Of a stretch of DNA of 46,683 bases, positions 33,664 through 42,800 are shown piece after piece; the first letter of the stretch is position 1; every line of letters starts with the position of its first letter. Below the pieces are notes generated by a model that saw nothing but the letters and a program-made list of their open reading frames with translations, did not search any database and was not told where the DNA came from. The DNA comes from Thermoanaerobaculia bacterium. Its GTDB lineage: Bacteria; Acidobacteriota; Thermoanaerobaculia; Gp7-AA8. Both the position numbers and the translations under genes were made by a program. The stretch is from positions 1 to 46,683 of the forward strand of contig JBAQWH010000603.1 in NCBI GenBank assembly GCA_049298815.1, read 5' to 3'.

Positions 33664-34881
33664 ATGAGCATCAGTCAACTCGCACGATCGATCAAAGCGT
33701 CGCCCACGCTCAAACTGAACGAGACCGCCGCCAAGCTCCGGGAAAAGGGCGAGCCGGTCATTCACCTCGGCGGGGGTGAGCCGAAGAGCAAAGCGCCGCT
33801 CGATGCCGTGCTCAACTGCGCGAACCAGCTCAACACCGGCGAGATCCGCTATGCCCCGGCCGACGGCCTTCCGGCGATGAAGAAGGCGGTCATCCGCTAC
33901 ACCGAGGAGTTCTACGGCCGGATGGTCGCGCCGGAAAACGTCCTCGTCTCCAGCGGCGCCAAGCAGTCGATCATGATGCTCCTCTACTCGATCCTGGAAC
34001 CGAAGGACGAGGTGATCTTCCCCGCGCCGTACTGGGTCAGCTACCCCGAGATGGTCAAGCTCGCAGGCGGCGTGCCGGTCGCGGTCACCCCCGAGGACGG
34101 CTCGTTCCAGCCGAGCCTCAAGGAGATCGAAGAGAACATCGGGCAGTACACGAAGGCGATCATCATCAACAGCCCGAACAACCCGAGCGGCGTGATGTAC
34201 TCGAAGGAGTTCATCGCAGGGATCGTCGAGCTGTGCGAGCGGCACAACCTCTGGCTCGTGATGGACGATCTCTACAACCGGCTCGTCTTCGACGGTGCGA
34301 TTCCCGCCAACCCCTATCAGTTCGCGCGCGACCTCGGCCCGGCGTCGAAGATCGTCGTGGTGCAGGGCATCTCGAAGATGTACGCGATGACCGGCTTCCG
34401 CATCGGCTGGGCGATCGCGAACGCGGAAGTCATCGAAGCGATGACGAACATCCAGTCGCACCAGACCTCGGGTCCCGTGACGGTGTCGCAGTGGGCGGCG
34501 ATCGGCGCGATGACCGGCGTGCAGTCGTCGATCGACACGCTGAAGCTCACGCTGCAGAACAACCGCGACGTGATGCTCGACCGCCTGCGCACGATCCCCG
34601 GGGTCCACGTGACGAAGCCGAACGGCACCTTCTACTGCTTCCCCGACTTCAGCGCCTACTCGCACGACTCGGCGAAGCTCGCCGAGTTCCTGCTCGAGAA
34701 GGTCCGCGTGGTCGTCGTCCCCGGAAAAGAGTTCGGGATGGAAGGCCACATCCGGCTCAGCTACTGCGGGACGATCAAGGACATCATGGACGGACTCGAG
34801 CGCATCAAATGGGCGCTCGACTTCGAGTCCCCGAATGAGCTGTTCATTGGCGACCGCAAGCTCGTGAGGGACTGGGCATGA
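33664..34881 (+). CDS. Class I/II PLP-dependent aminotransferase (aspartate aminotransferase-like)
   Basis: 'SPNNPSG', 'DDLYNRLVF' and the PLP-lysine motif 'SKMYAMTGFRIGW'. A GGGAGG Shine-Dalgarno precedes the ATG. Confidence 0.88.
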   Translation: MSISQLARSIKASPTLKLNETAAKLREKGEPVIHLGGGEPKSKAPLDAVLNCANQLNTGEIRYAPADGLPAMKKAVIRYTEEFYGRMVAPENVLVSSGAKQSIMMLLYSILEPKDEVIFPAPYWVSYPEMVKLAGGVPVAVTPEDGSFQPSLKEIEENIGQYTKAIIINSPNNPSGVMYSKEFIAGIVELCERHNLWLVMDDLYNRLVFDGAIPANPYQFARDLGPASKIVVVQGISKMYAMTGFRIGWAIANAEVIEAMTNIQSHQTSGPVTVSQWAAIGAMTGVQSSIDTLKLTLQNNRDVMLDRLRTIPGVHVTKPNGTFYCFPDFSAYSHDSAKLAEFLLEKVRVVVVPGKEFGMEGHIRLSYCGTIKDIMDGLERIKWALDFESPNELFIGDRKLVRDWA

Positions 34882-36548
34882 ACATCTATCTCGACGTCTC
34901 ATCACCGGCGATCCGTCAGGCAGGCGCGCTCTCGGCCCGGTACGGGCTCGAGAACCACGGGCTGACGTCGCTGCGGACCGTCTACTGGAACCTCCCGACG
35001 GCCGCGCTGTACGAAGAGGCGGTGTTCCGCTCCGAGGGGCAGATGGCGTCGGCCGGCCCGTTCATCGTCAACACCGGCAAGCACACGGCGCGCGCCGCGT
35101 CCGACAAGTTCGTCGTGCGCGAGCACACGACCGACGAGAACGTCTGGTGGGGACAGTACAACCGGCCGTTCAACCCGGAGACCTTCAGCTCGCTGCACGC
35201 GCGCCTGACCGGCTACCTGCAGGGGCGCGACGTCTTCGTGCAGGACGTGTTCGCGGGAGCGGATCCCGACCACCGCATCGCGGTCCGCGTGATCACGCAG
35301 AAGGCGTGGCACTCGATGTTCGCCCGGACGATGTTCCTCAAGAACACGACGATCGAGCAGGCGAAGACGCACGTCCCGGACTTCACCGTCATCGCCGCGC
35401 CCGGGTTCAAGGCGAACCCGATGATCGACGGCACGCGGAGCGAGACGTTCATCGTCCTCAACTTCCGGCAGCGGCTCGCCATCATCGGCGGCACCGGCTA
35501 CGCGGGCGAGATCAAGAAGACGGTCTTCACGATCCTCAACTACCTCCTGCCGCTGGACGGTGTGCTCTCGATGCACTGCTCGGCGAACGTCGGCGCCACG
35601 GGCGACGTCGCGATCTTCTTCGGCCTCTCGGGCACCGGCAAGACGACGCTCTCGGCGGACCCGGCGCGCAGCCTCATCGGCGACGACGAGCACGGCTGGG
35701 GAAGCAACGGCGTCTTCAACATCGAGGACGGCTGCTACGCCAAGGTGATTCGCCTGTCCGCAGACGCGGAGCCGCAGATCTTCTCGACGACGCGCCGCTT
35801 CGGCACGATCCTGGAGAACGTCGTCTACGATCCGGTGACCCGCATCCTCGACCTCAACGACGAGCGGATGACCGAGAACACGCGAGGCGCGTACCCGCTC
35901 GACTTCATCGACAACGCACAGCCGTCGAAGCGCGCGGGCCATCCGAAGAACATCGTCTTCCTCACCTGCGACGCGAGCGGCGTCATGCCGCCGATCTCGC
36001 GGCTCTCACCCGAGCAGTCGATCTACCACTTCATCTCCGGCTACACGAGCAAGATCGCCGGCACCGAGATCGGCCTCGGCGTCGAGCCGGAGATCACGTT
36101 CTCCGCATGCTTCGGCGGACCGTTCATGGTGCACCACCCCTACGTCTACGCCGACCTGCTGCGGCGCAAGGCACTGCAGTACGGAGCCACCTGCTGGCTG
36201 GTCAACACCGGCTGGACCGGCGGCCCCTTCGGCATCGGCAAGCGGATCTCGATTCGCCACACCCGCCGCCTGCTTAACGCCGCGCTCTCCGGTGAGCTCG
36301 ACAACGTGCCGTACCGGAAGGACCCGCTGTTCGGATTCGAAGTCCCGACGGTCTGCCCCGACGTCCCGTCGGACATCCTCGATCCGGCCAACACCTGGGG
36401 CAGCCGCGAGGAGTACTTCAAGAAATACGACGCCCTCGCCGCCCGCTTCATCGAGAACTTCAAGATCCTCGCTCCCGGCTGCCCCGCCGAAGTCGTGAAC
36501 GCCGGCCCGAAGCGCTTGAAGAACGTGGAGGTCGGGGCGGGCGTGTAG
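34878..36548 (+). CDS. pckA: Phosphoenolpyruvate carboxykinase (ATP)
   Basis: Kinase-1a loop 'FFGLSGTGKTTLS', plus 'IGDDEHGW' and 'FNIEDGCYAK'. It is 556 aa and ATGA-coupled to the aminotransferase (34878-34881). Confidence 0.92.
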   Translation: MNIYLDVSSPAIRQAGALSARYGLENHGLTSLRTVYWNLPTAALYEEAVFRSEGQMASAGPFIVNTGKHTARAASDKFVVREHTTDENVWWGQYNRPFNPETFSSLHARLTGYLQGRDVFVQDVFAGADPDHRIAVRVITQKAWHSMFARTMFLKNTTIEQAKTHVPDFTVIAAPGFKANPMIDGTRSETFIVLNFRQRLAIIGGTGYAGEIKKTVFTILNYLLPLDGVLSMHCSANVGATGDVAIFFGLSGTGKTTLSADPARSLIGDDEHGWGSNGVFNIEDGCYAKVIRLSADAEPQIFSTTRRFGTILENVVYDPVTRILDLNDERMTENTRGAYPLDFIDNAQPSKRAGHPKNIVFLTCDASGVMPPISRLSPEQSIYHFISGYTSKIAGTEIGLGVEPEITFSACFGGPFMVHHPYVYADLLRRKALQYGATCWLVNTGWTGGPFGIGKRISIRHTRRLLNAALSGELDNVPYRKDPLFGFEVPTVCPDVPSDILDPANTWGSREEYFKKYDALAARFIENFKILAPGCPAEVVNAGPKRLKNVEVGAGV

Positions 36549-36555
36549 GGGAATT

Positions 36556-36614
36556 GGAGAGCGGACTTCAGTCCGCGGCTGCCGGACTTCAGTCCGGCAG
36601 CGGTCCGCTCTCTC
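36556..36614. repeat. REP doublet (GGAGAGCGGACTTCAGTCCGC...GCCGGACTTCAGTCCGGC)
   Basis: Same sequence family and orientation as the left arm at 33367-33411. It starts 8 nt after the pckA stop. Confidence 0.9.
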
Positions 36615-36629
36615 TGACGCCCGGAGCCA

Positions 36630-37274
36630 TCAGGTCCGCAACGGCTCTACCATCAGGTACGGCGCAGCACGCTCCCAATCGACCGCCACCCAAGGCCAGT
36701 CTCTGAGGCCGGCACGTCGAGGATTCGCCTCGACATATCCCATCCACGCGCGTAGTTCCCTGGGATCGCGGATGCTGCGATCGAAGTAGTCCTGCTGCCA
36801 GAACGACTGCCCTGCCCGGTTCATGTACTGGTTCGCATCGCGCGCACTTCGACCCTTCCACCTCTTGACCATCACGGCGACTGGCCCGGTCGATGGCGCG
36901 ACGACGTGCACGTGGTTGGGCATTACGCACCATGCGAACAGCTCGATCGCGTCGGCTGTGATGTCTTGCACGACGAGTCTTGCTATCTCCGGATCCATCA
37001 TGAAGGACGACCCGTGGCCCTGATCCATCAGGTCGAAGATCTTGCGTCGCAGCGCTCGCTCAATCGCCGCTTCCTCCGCAAAGGAGGGCCGGCCACGTGC
37101 GGCGCGAATCCGCTCGCGCTGGAGCTCGGCTTCATGCCGAAGGCGCGTCAGGCGGTCTGCGGGTACCGCGTCGAACAGATTGAAGGTGATCGCGTAAATC
37201 CCGGGATCACAGTCCCAGTGAGGCAAGCGAGACCGCTTGTGAACCGACGTTGGTGAGGCGAACGTCCGGTACAT
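36630..37274 (-). CDS. REP-associated tyrosine transposase (RAYT, IS200/IS605-like Y1 HUH enzyme)
   Basis: 'RLPHWD...GIYAITFNL', the HUH motif 'WCVMPNHVHVV' and a Tyr region 'WMGYVEANPRRAGL'. The start is ATG 37274, or GTG 37304 for the longest ORF. Confidence 0.8.
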   Translation of the reverse strand: MYRTFASPTSVHKRSRLPHWDCDPGIYAITFNLFDAVPADRLTRLRHEAELQRERIRAARGRPSFAEEAAIERALRRKIFDLMDQGHGSSFMMDPEIARLVVQDITADAIELFAWCVMPNHVHVVAPSTGPVAVMVKRWKGRSARDANQYMNRAGQSFWQQDYFDRSIRDPRELRAWMGYVEANPRRAGLRDWPWVAVDWERAAPYLMVEPLRT

Positions 37275-37346
37275 GGCCAATCCGAGGATACCTCGGAGGC
37301 GCACCGGGCGGGCCGGGGTCGGCCGACCGTCGACATACGGTGCTGA

Positions 37347-37395
37347 CCGCGGCCGGACTGAAGTCCGGCCGCCGCGGACTGAAGTCCGCTCTCCG
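37347..37395. repeat. REP doublet, inverted orientation (GGCCGGACTGAAGTCCGGCC...GCGGACTGAAGTCCGCTCTCC)
   Basis: This is the reverse-complement orientation of the 36556 doublet. It sits between the RAYT start and the TerC stop. Confidence 0.9.
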
Positions 37396-37436
37396 AGGCG
37401 AAGCAGCCGCGGCCGAGACGGCCGCCGTCCTACTGC

Positions 37437-38435
37437 CTACAGCGCGACTTTCTCGTGAGGGGCGTCGAGGCCCTCGGGGTTGGTGCGCGGGTCCGGCACG
37501 ATGTCGCCGTGGTCGGGCAGGCGCTTCGCGCGGATGACCGAGGCGATGACAGCGAGGGTGAGGACGCCGGCAATGACGATGAGCGAGGTGGAGATCGGGA
37601 TCTTCACCCAGTGCACGATCACCATCTTCACGCCGACGAACGTCAGGATGACCGAGAGCGCGTGCTTGAGGTAGTAGAACCGGTCGACGATTCCCGCGAG
37701 GAGGAAGTAGAGCGACCGCAGGCCGAGAATCGCAAAGACGTTCGACGTGTAGACGATGAACGGGTCCTGCGTCACGGCGAACACCGCGGGGATCGAATCG
37801 ACCGCGAAGATGAGGTCCGAGGTCTCGATCACCACGAGCACGAGCGCGAGCGGCGTGAAGAGCCGCCTGCCGTTCTCGTAGATCCAGAACTTCGAGTCGA
37901 CGTAGTGCTCGGTCAGGCTGATGTGCCGCTTCACGAAGCGCACGACCGCGTTCTCGCCGACCTCGAGTCCCTCGGGCTCCTTGTTGAGCGCGATCTTGAT
38001 GCCGGTGTAGATGAGGAAGGCGCCGAAGATGTAGAGGACCCAATGGAACGTCGCGATGAGCGCCGCACCGATCCCGATCATCACGCCGCGCATCACGAAC
38101 GCACCGAGAATGCCCCAGAAGAGCACCCGGTGCTGCGCCGTCGCCGGAACCCGGAACGACGTGAAGATCAGTACGAAGACGAAGATGTTGTCGACGCTGA
38201 GCGAGTACTCGATCAAATAGCCGGAGAGGAATTCGAGCGCCGACTGCGAGCCGCGGAAGTAGACGATCCCGGCGGCGAACGCGAGCGCGAGGGTGACCCA
38301 CACGATCGTCCAGTTCGTCGCTTCCCGGAGCGAGACCGCATGCGACTTCCGGTGGAAGACGCCGAGATCGAGCGCGAGAATGCCGAGGACTGCGACCGTG
38401 AAGATGACCCAGGGAAGGACGACGGAAAGAGTCAA
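37437..38435 (-). CDS. TerC-family integral membrane protein
   Basis: Multiple TM helices and the duplicated TerC motifs 'EYSLSVDNIFVF' and 'IFAVDSIPAVFA'. The TTG start at 38435 has a GGAGG Shine-Dalgarno 5 nt upstream. Confidence 0.88.
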   Translation of the reverse strand: MTLSVVLPWVIFTVAVLGILALDLGVFHRKSHAVSLREATNWTIVWVTLALAFAAGIVYFRGSQSALEFLSGYLIEYSLSVDNIFVFVLIFTSFRVPATAQHRVLFWGILGAFVMRGVMIGIGAALIATFHWVLYIFGAFLIYTGIKIALNKEPEGLEVGENAVVRFVKRHISLTEHYVDSKFWIYENGRRLFTPLALVLVVIETSDLIFAVDSIPAVFAVTQDPFIVYTSNVFAILGLRSLYFLLAGIVDRFYYLKHALSVILTFVGVKMVIVHWVKIPISTSLIVIAGVLTLAVIASVIRAKRLPDHGDIVPDPRTNPEGLDAPHEKVAL

Positions 38436-38543
38436 GGAAACCTCCGCGCGGCATGATATCGGCTGCGGTGGCCGATCACGTGCGCGACGTCAGGCGAAGG
38501 ACGTGCTGGGATCACGCATCCCGCGTGAGTAACCGCAGATCAG

Positions 38544-38741
38544 CTAGGCGCCGACGAACGTCAGGAACTCGCGCTCTTCGAGCAGCGCGAACGCCTCTTC
38601 CATCCCGGCGTTCGTATAGAGATCGCTCTGGCCGGACTCGATGAGCTGCAACTCGGTCTCGGTGATCTCGAGGGCGGCAGCGAGCTCGGAGAGCGACAGC
38701 CCCAGCTCGAGTCGGCGCAGCTTGATCTGATTCGGCGTCAT
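38544..38741 (-). CDS. XRE-family helix-turn-helix protein (65 aa)
   Basis: 'LRRLELGLSLSELAAALEITETELQLIESG' is an HTH_3-like segment. A GAGGTGA Shine-Dalgarno lies 7 nt upstream of the ATG. Confidence 0.75.
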   Translation of the reverse strand: MTPNQIKLRRLELGLSLSELAAALEITETELQLIESGQSDLYTNAGMEEAFALLEEREFLTFVGA

Positions 38742-38984
38742 CTGATTTCACCTCGGTCCGGGGACTGCCGGCTCGTGCGGGACCGGCGCGGGACGGGGAG
38801 CATTGTCCCCCTCGCACTTCGTCCTCGACCTGTGACGTCGCGCACGCGGTCTGGTGTGATTCGCCAGAGCCAGACCGTCGTGGCGAGCCGCAGCATCACC
38901 CCTTGACGTTCGGTCGACGGGGAATGAACACCGATCACCCAAACGGATTATCGAACGGTCGACGGCAGCTGCTATACGACAGGG

Positions 38985-39614
38985 GTGCGCCGCGTGCCGA
39001 AATGCACTGACACCTGCGACCAGGTCCGCCATCTGCTCGCCGACGCAGTGGACCGGATCGCCGTCGGCATCGCGGTGGTCTCCCCTGCCGGCAAGATCCT
39101 CGAGCTGAACCGAGCCGCGCGCGAGATCGTCACGAGCGACGACGTGCTCGACATCGACGGTGGAGTTCTCGTCGCATCGAATCCTCTGAACGCGGCGGTC
39201 CTGGCGGACACTCTCGCAAAGGTCACCGCGGGGAACGTGCGGAGCGGCAGCTTCGCCGCTCTGGCCCGGAACGGGCGACGCGCCCCCCTGCACGTCTTTG
39301 CCGCACCGCTCCGTCTCGACGGTGAGCGCCGCGCTTCCGCCGTGGCGCTCTACCTCTCGATCCCGGAACGGACGCTCCGCGCGAACGAGCAGCTCCTGAA
39401 GATCCTCTTCGGACTCTCGGGCGCCGAGGCGCGCGTCGCCGCAGGCATCGTCGAAGGGCTCGCGGTGCCCGACCTCGCGGAGAAGCTCCACGTCAGCGTG
39501 CACACGGTCCGGACCCAGCTCAAGAGCATCTTCGCCAAGACCGGAGCCCAGCGCCAGAGCGATCTGGTCCGGCTGATCACGAGCGGTCTCGCGCTGGTAG
39601 CGACCGAGCGGTAG
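38985..39614 (+). CDS. LuxR/GerE-family transcriptional regulator with a PAS-like N-terminal domain
   Basis: The C-terminal 'LSGAEARVAAGIVEGLAVPDLAEKLHVSVHTVRTQLKSIFAKTG' is a GerE HTH. The start is GTG 38985 or 38994. Confidence 0.8.
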   Translation: MRRVPKCTDTCDQVRHLLADAVDRIAVGIAVVSPAGKILELNRAAREIVTSDDVLDIDGGVLVASNPLNAAVLADTLAKVTAGNVRSGSFAALARNGRRAPLHVFAAPLRLDGERRASAVALYLSIPERTLRANEQLLKILFGLSGAEARVAAGIVEGLAVPDLAEKLHVSVHTVRTQLKSIFAKTGAQRQSDLVRLITSGLALVATER

Positions 39615-39663
39615 AGCAATAGGACAATAGGACCTATAGGACCTATGGGACCTATAGGAGCCC
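39615..39663. repeat. Tandem array of ATAGGACCT-type 9-mers (left arm)
   Basis: Five ATAGGAC/ATGGGAC/ATAGGAG cores lie at 39619, 39627, 39636, 39645 and 39654. The array starts directly after the LuxR TAG stop (39612-39614). Confidence 0.9.
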
Positions 39664-39727
39664 ACCCACCCGGATAGGACGGGCCCACCTCCGGCGAAAA
39701 CCCGTGCTGTCCCTCTCGGGCGGGCGT

Positions 39728-39782
39728 GTCCTATTGGTCCCATAGGTCCTATTGGTCCTATTCGTCCTATTCGTCCTCTTCG
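39728..39782. repeat. Inverted tandem array of GTCCTATNN 9-mers (right arm)
   Basis: Six copies at exact 9-nt period (39728, 39737, 39746, 39755, 39764, 39773). They are the reverse complement of the left-arm unit. Confidence 0.9.
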
Positions 39783-39800
39783 CCCCATCCCCAGAAAGGG

Positions 39801-39832
39801 AAAGCCCCCGCCGATTGCTCGGCGGGGGCTTT
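39801..39832 (-). terminator. GC-rich hairpin terminator shared by convergent genes
   Basis: AAAGCCCCCGCCG-ATTGCT-CGGCGGGGGCTTT. On the minus strand it is followed by CCCTTTCT. It lies 24 nt downstream of the giant gene stop (39856). Confidence 0.7.
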
Positions 39833-39855
39833 CTGGTTAATGCGTGAACTAGTGA

Positions 39856-42800
39856 CTACCGCTCAGCGGGGACGAAGGTCGGATCCTGGGTCTTCTGGTC
39901 GATGACCGAAGCGTACCCGATGATCTTTCCGTCGCCTTCGATCACACGCACCGCGATGCGTGCGTTGTAGATCTCGCTGTTCAGGCCGAACTTGGAGCTG
40001 AAGACGTTGACGAGCTGGACGAACTCGTTGGCCTTGAGGTCGACCGTCACGCGCGGCGTGGCGAGCGAGCCCGGGATCACTGCGATGAGCTCGACCTTCG
40101 CGCCCTTTCCGCTCACCTCGGCGACGCCGAGGTTGGTGCGGTAGGCCGCGGAGCTTTCGAGCTGCTGCAGCTGGACCGTCCCTTCGCCCACGCCGAGACC
40201 TTCGCTCTTCGGCACGCCCGGGATGAACTGCCCGTACGAGCCGGTCGGGGTCAGGTTGAAGGTGCGGGCGGTGACGAGGAGCGGCGTGCTCACGGCGGTC
40301 GTCACGTGGACCGAGCCGCCGACGCCGGCGAGAGCGAAGGAGTTGCGGAGGATGTCCTTGAGCTCCTTCGTGCTGCGCGGGCCGATCGAGGTCGGGATGG
40401 TCTTCGACGCCGTCGGATCGCCGCTCGGGTAGAAGATCAAGTTCGCGTTGACCGTCGAAGCCGTCGGGTTGTAGATGCGGACGTCCGTGCGCCAGCGGGC
40501 GGCACCGGTGTCGAGGTCGGCGACGCCTGCGAGGACCCACGCGGTATCGGCAACCGGCACGTCGCCGGTGACGAGGAGCGGGTCGTTCGTCTGGTTGTCG
40601 ACGACCGAGGCGTACGCCATCACGCGGCCGGTGTCGGAGGTGACTTCGACGTTGACGCGCGCGTTGTCGTTGGTGATGCCCCGCGTGCCCAGGAAGCTGT
40701 TCATCTGAATGTGCTCACCGGCGCGGAGGTACTGGTCGAAGGTGGTCAGCTGCGCGCCGTTCGCGTCGAAGACGGTGACGCGGACGTTGGCGCCCTGGCC
40801 CGAGCCCTCGACGAGTCCGAGGTTGGTGCGCGCGGTGGCCGACTGGTTGATCTCGGAGAGCGTGAGGACGTTGCCCTTGCCGACGAAGTCGCTCACCGGG
40901 ATCGCCGGGATGAACTGGCCGTAGGTACCGGAGGCGGTGCGGTTGTAGGTACGGCTGGAGCCGAGGAGCGTGCGTCCGCGGCGGTTGCTGGTCGTTGCGC
41001 CAGACTTGAGCGAACGGACTTCGACGACACCCGAGAGGCTCTGTCCCGGGCGCGCGCCGAACCAGTTGCGGAGGACGCTGTCGAGCGCCATCGAGGAGCC
41101 GGCGGGAACGTCGATCGTGGTCTGGTTGCTCACGCGGCCCGCGTCGTTCTGCGACGGGGTGAAGTTGACCTGGTAGCGGCCCGGCTCACCCGAAGCGTTC
41201 GTGACGCGGATGTCGGAGACCCACTGCGAGTTGTTGGCGCCGTCGGCTGCGGCGACCGCCGGGATGATGAGCGCGTCCGAAGGCGGCTCGGTCTTTCCCT
41301 GGCTGCTCACCGGGGTGACGAGGTTGACCGTGACCGGAACGGTGTAGACGGTCGTGGCCTGCGAGGCCGTGCCGTTCGCACCGGCCGTGGTGAACTCGAC
41401 GAGGATCGTGCCGGCGTTCGTGCCGGCCACGAGGTCTCGCGGATCGGCCACGATCGAGAGCGTGATGCCGGCGGCCGGCATCGTGCCCGACGCAGGCGAG
41501 ACGCGGAGCCACGCCACGTCGGTGCGGGCCGTGAAGGGCGTCGGCGCGTTGAACGGGTTGGCGAAGAAGGTCGACTGAACGACGACTTCCTGCGCGCCCA
41601 CGCTCAGGTTCGAGTCGTTCGTCTGCGCCGGTGCTTCCACAGTGACGTCCTCGACCTGCGACGAGACGCTGATCGTGTTGTTGCACGAGCTCTTTGCCAG
41701 GACGCGGTAGTAGTACGTCGTGTCGACCGCGACCTCGTGGTTGAACATCGTCTGCGTGCCGGTCACGGTCTGCGTCGTGATGCTGCCCGCGGTGAAGCTG
41801 GCAGAGGTCGACTCGTCGATCTCGTAGCTCAGCGCGTTCGCGACCTGCCTCCAGCCGACGATGTACGACTGGTTCGAGGAGGCCTTGCGCTGGACGGTCA
41901 GCCTCGGCGCGTCAGGCGTGGTGCACGGCGGCGGTGCGACGACCGTGAACCTCGCCTCGGCCGAGAAGGCGGAGCCGCAGTTCGGGACGTTCGCACGGAC
42001 CTTCCAGGTGACTCCACCCGGCTGCGCCGAGTAGACGAACGTGATGTTGCCGCTGCCGGCGGGCTGGCTGACCGTGGCGACCGGCGCCATCGGGCTCGTG
42101 TCCGTCTCGATGTAGACGTCGTAGGTCGTCGCGTTCGCGACGCGCGTCCAGCTCAGCGTGACCGGAGAGGTAAAGGTGCCGGTCGTCCCGTCCGGTCCGG
42201 AGATCGTCGGGGCGGTGACGACGCAGGGGGCGGTGATGGTGAGGGTGCGATGGAGCGACTCGACTCCCGGGCAGCCGGGGTAGATCGCTTCGACCCACCA
42301 CTCGCTGACACCGAGAGGCATGCTGTACTCGGCCGAACGGGTGGAGGCGTTCAGCATCTCGCCGTTCAGCTTGGTCGGTGCGCCACCGTTGAAAGCGGTC
42401 CAGACGTTGTAGCCGGTCGCACCGGTCACGCGGTCCCAGTTGAACTGAATCGTGCGCGAGGTCGTGGAGTTCCCGGCGGCGGGCGACTGCAGGACCGGAC
42501 GATCGGTGCTGCAGACCTTCGCCTTGCGGAACTTCATCGTGCTGCGCGCCGACTGCGCGTGCGTGCAGCGGGCGCCGCCGTGCGCCTCGACGTACCACTC
42601 GAGCGGCGACAGGTCGTCGGTGCCGAAGGTGAGGTCGAGGAAGTCGAACGTCCTCTCGAGCGAGAGGTCGGTCGTCGTTCCGAGAAGCTCACGGTCGGCC
42701 GAGCCGGCGCCGGTCCGGCGGTAGACGCGGTACTCGGTCGCGTTCGGGACGCTGGACCAGCCGAAGACGACGGTCGGCGAGAGGGTCTCGCTGTTGTTCG

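Larger units (their letters stand above)
36556..37395 (-). mobile_element. RAYT locus: REP-associated tyrosine transposase gene flanked by inverted REP doublets
   Basis: One REP doublet lies at 36556-36614 and its inverted counterpart at 37347-37395. They bracket the HUH/Y1 transposase-like gene. Confidence 0.8.

Noticed and set aside
37207-38456. A 415-aa ORF (minus strand) and a 333-aa ORF (plus strand) overlapping the TerC gene.
   Set aside because: Only the 37437-38435 frame gives TM helices and the duplicated TerC motifs. The other two frames are Arg/Asp/Glu-rich shadows.
38436-38543. A yybP-ykoY (Mn2+) riboswitch in the TerC leader.
   Set aside because: TerC-family genes often carry this riboswitch. 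However, the 108-nt leader lacks the conserved GGGGAGUAG and UUGACA-type cores that I would expect, and I cannot support a fold by eye. A covariance-model scan would settle it.
38738-38938. A 66-aa ORF that is ATGA-overlapped with the XRE gene, as a possible toxin of a toxin-antitoxin pair.
   Set aside because: The translation is Arg-rich and low in complexity, with no RelE/HigB-like features and no Shine-Dalgarno. The XRE gene has its own good Shine-Dalgarno, so the overlap may be fortuitous.
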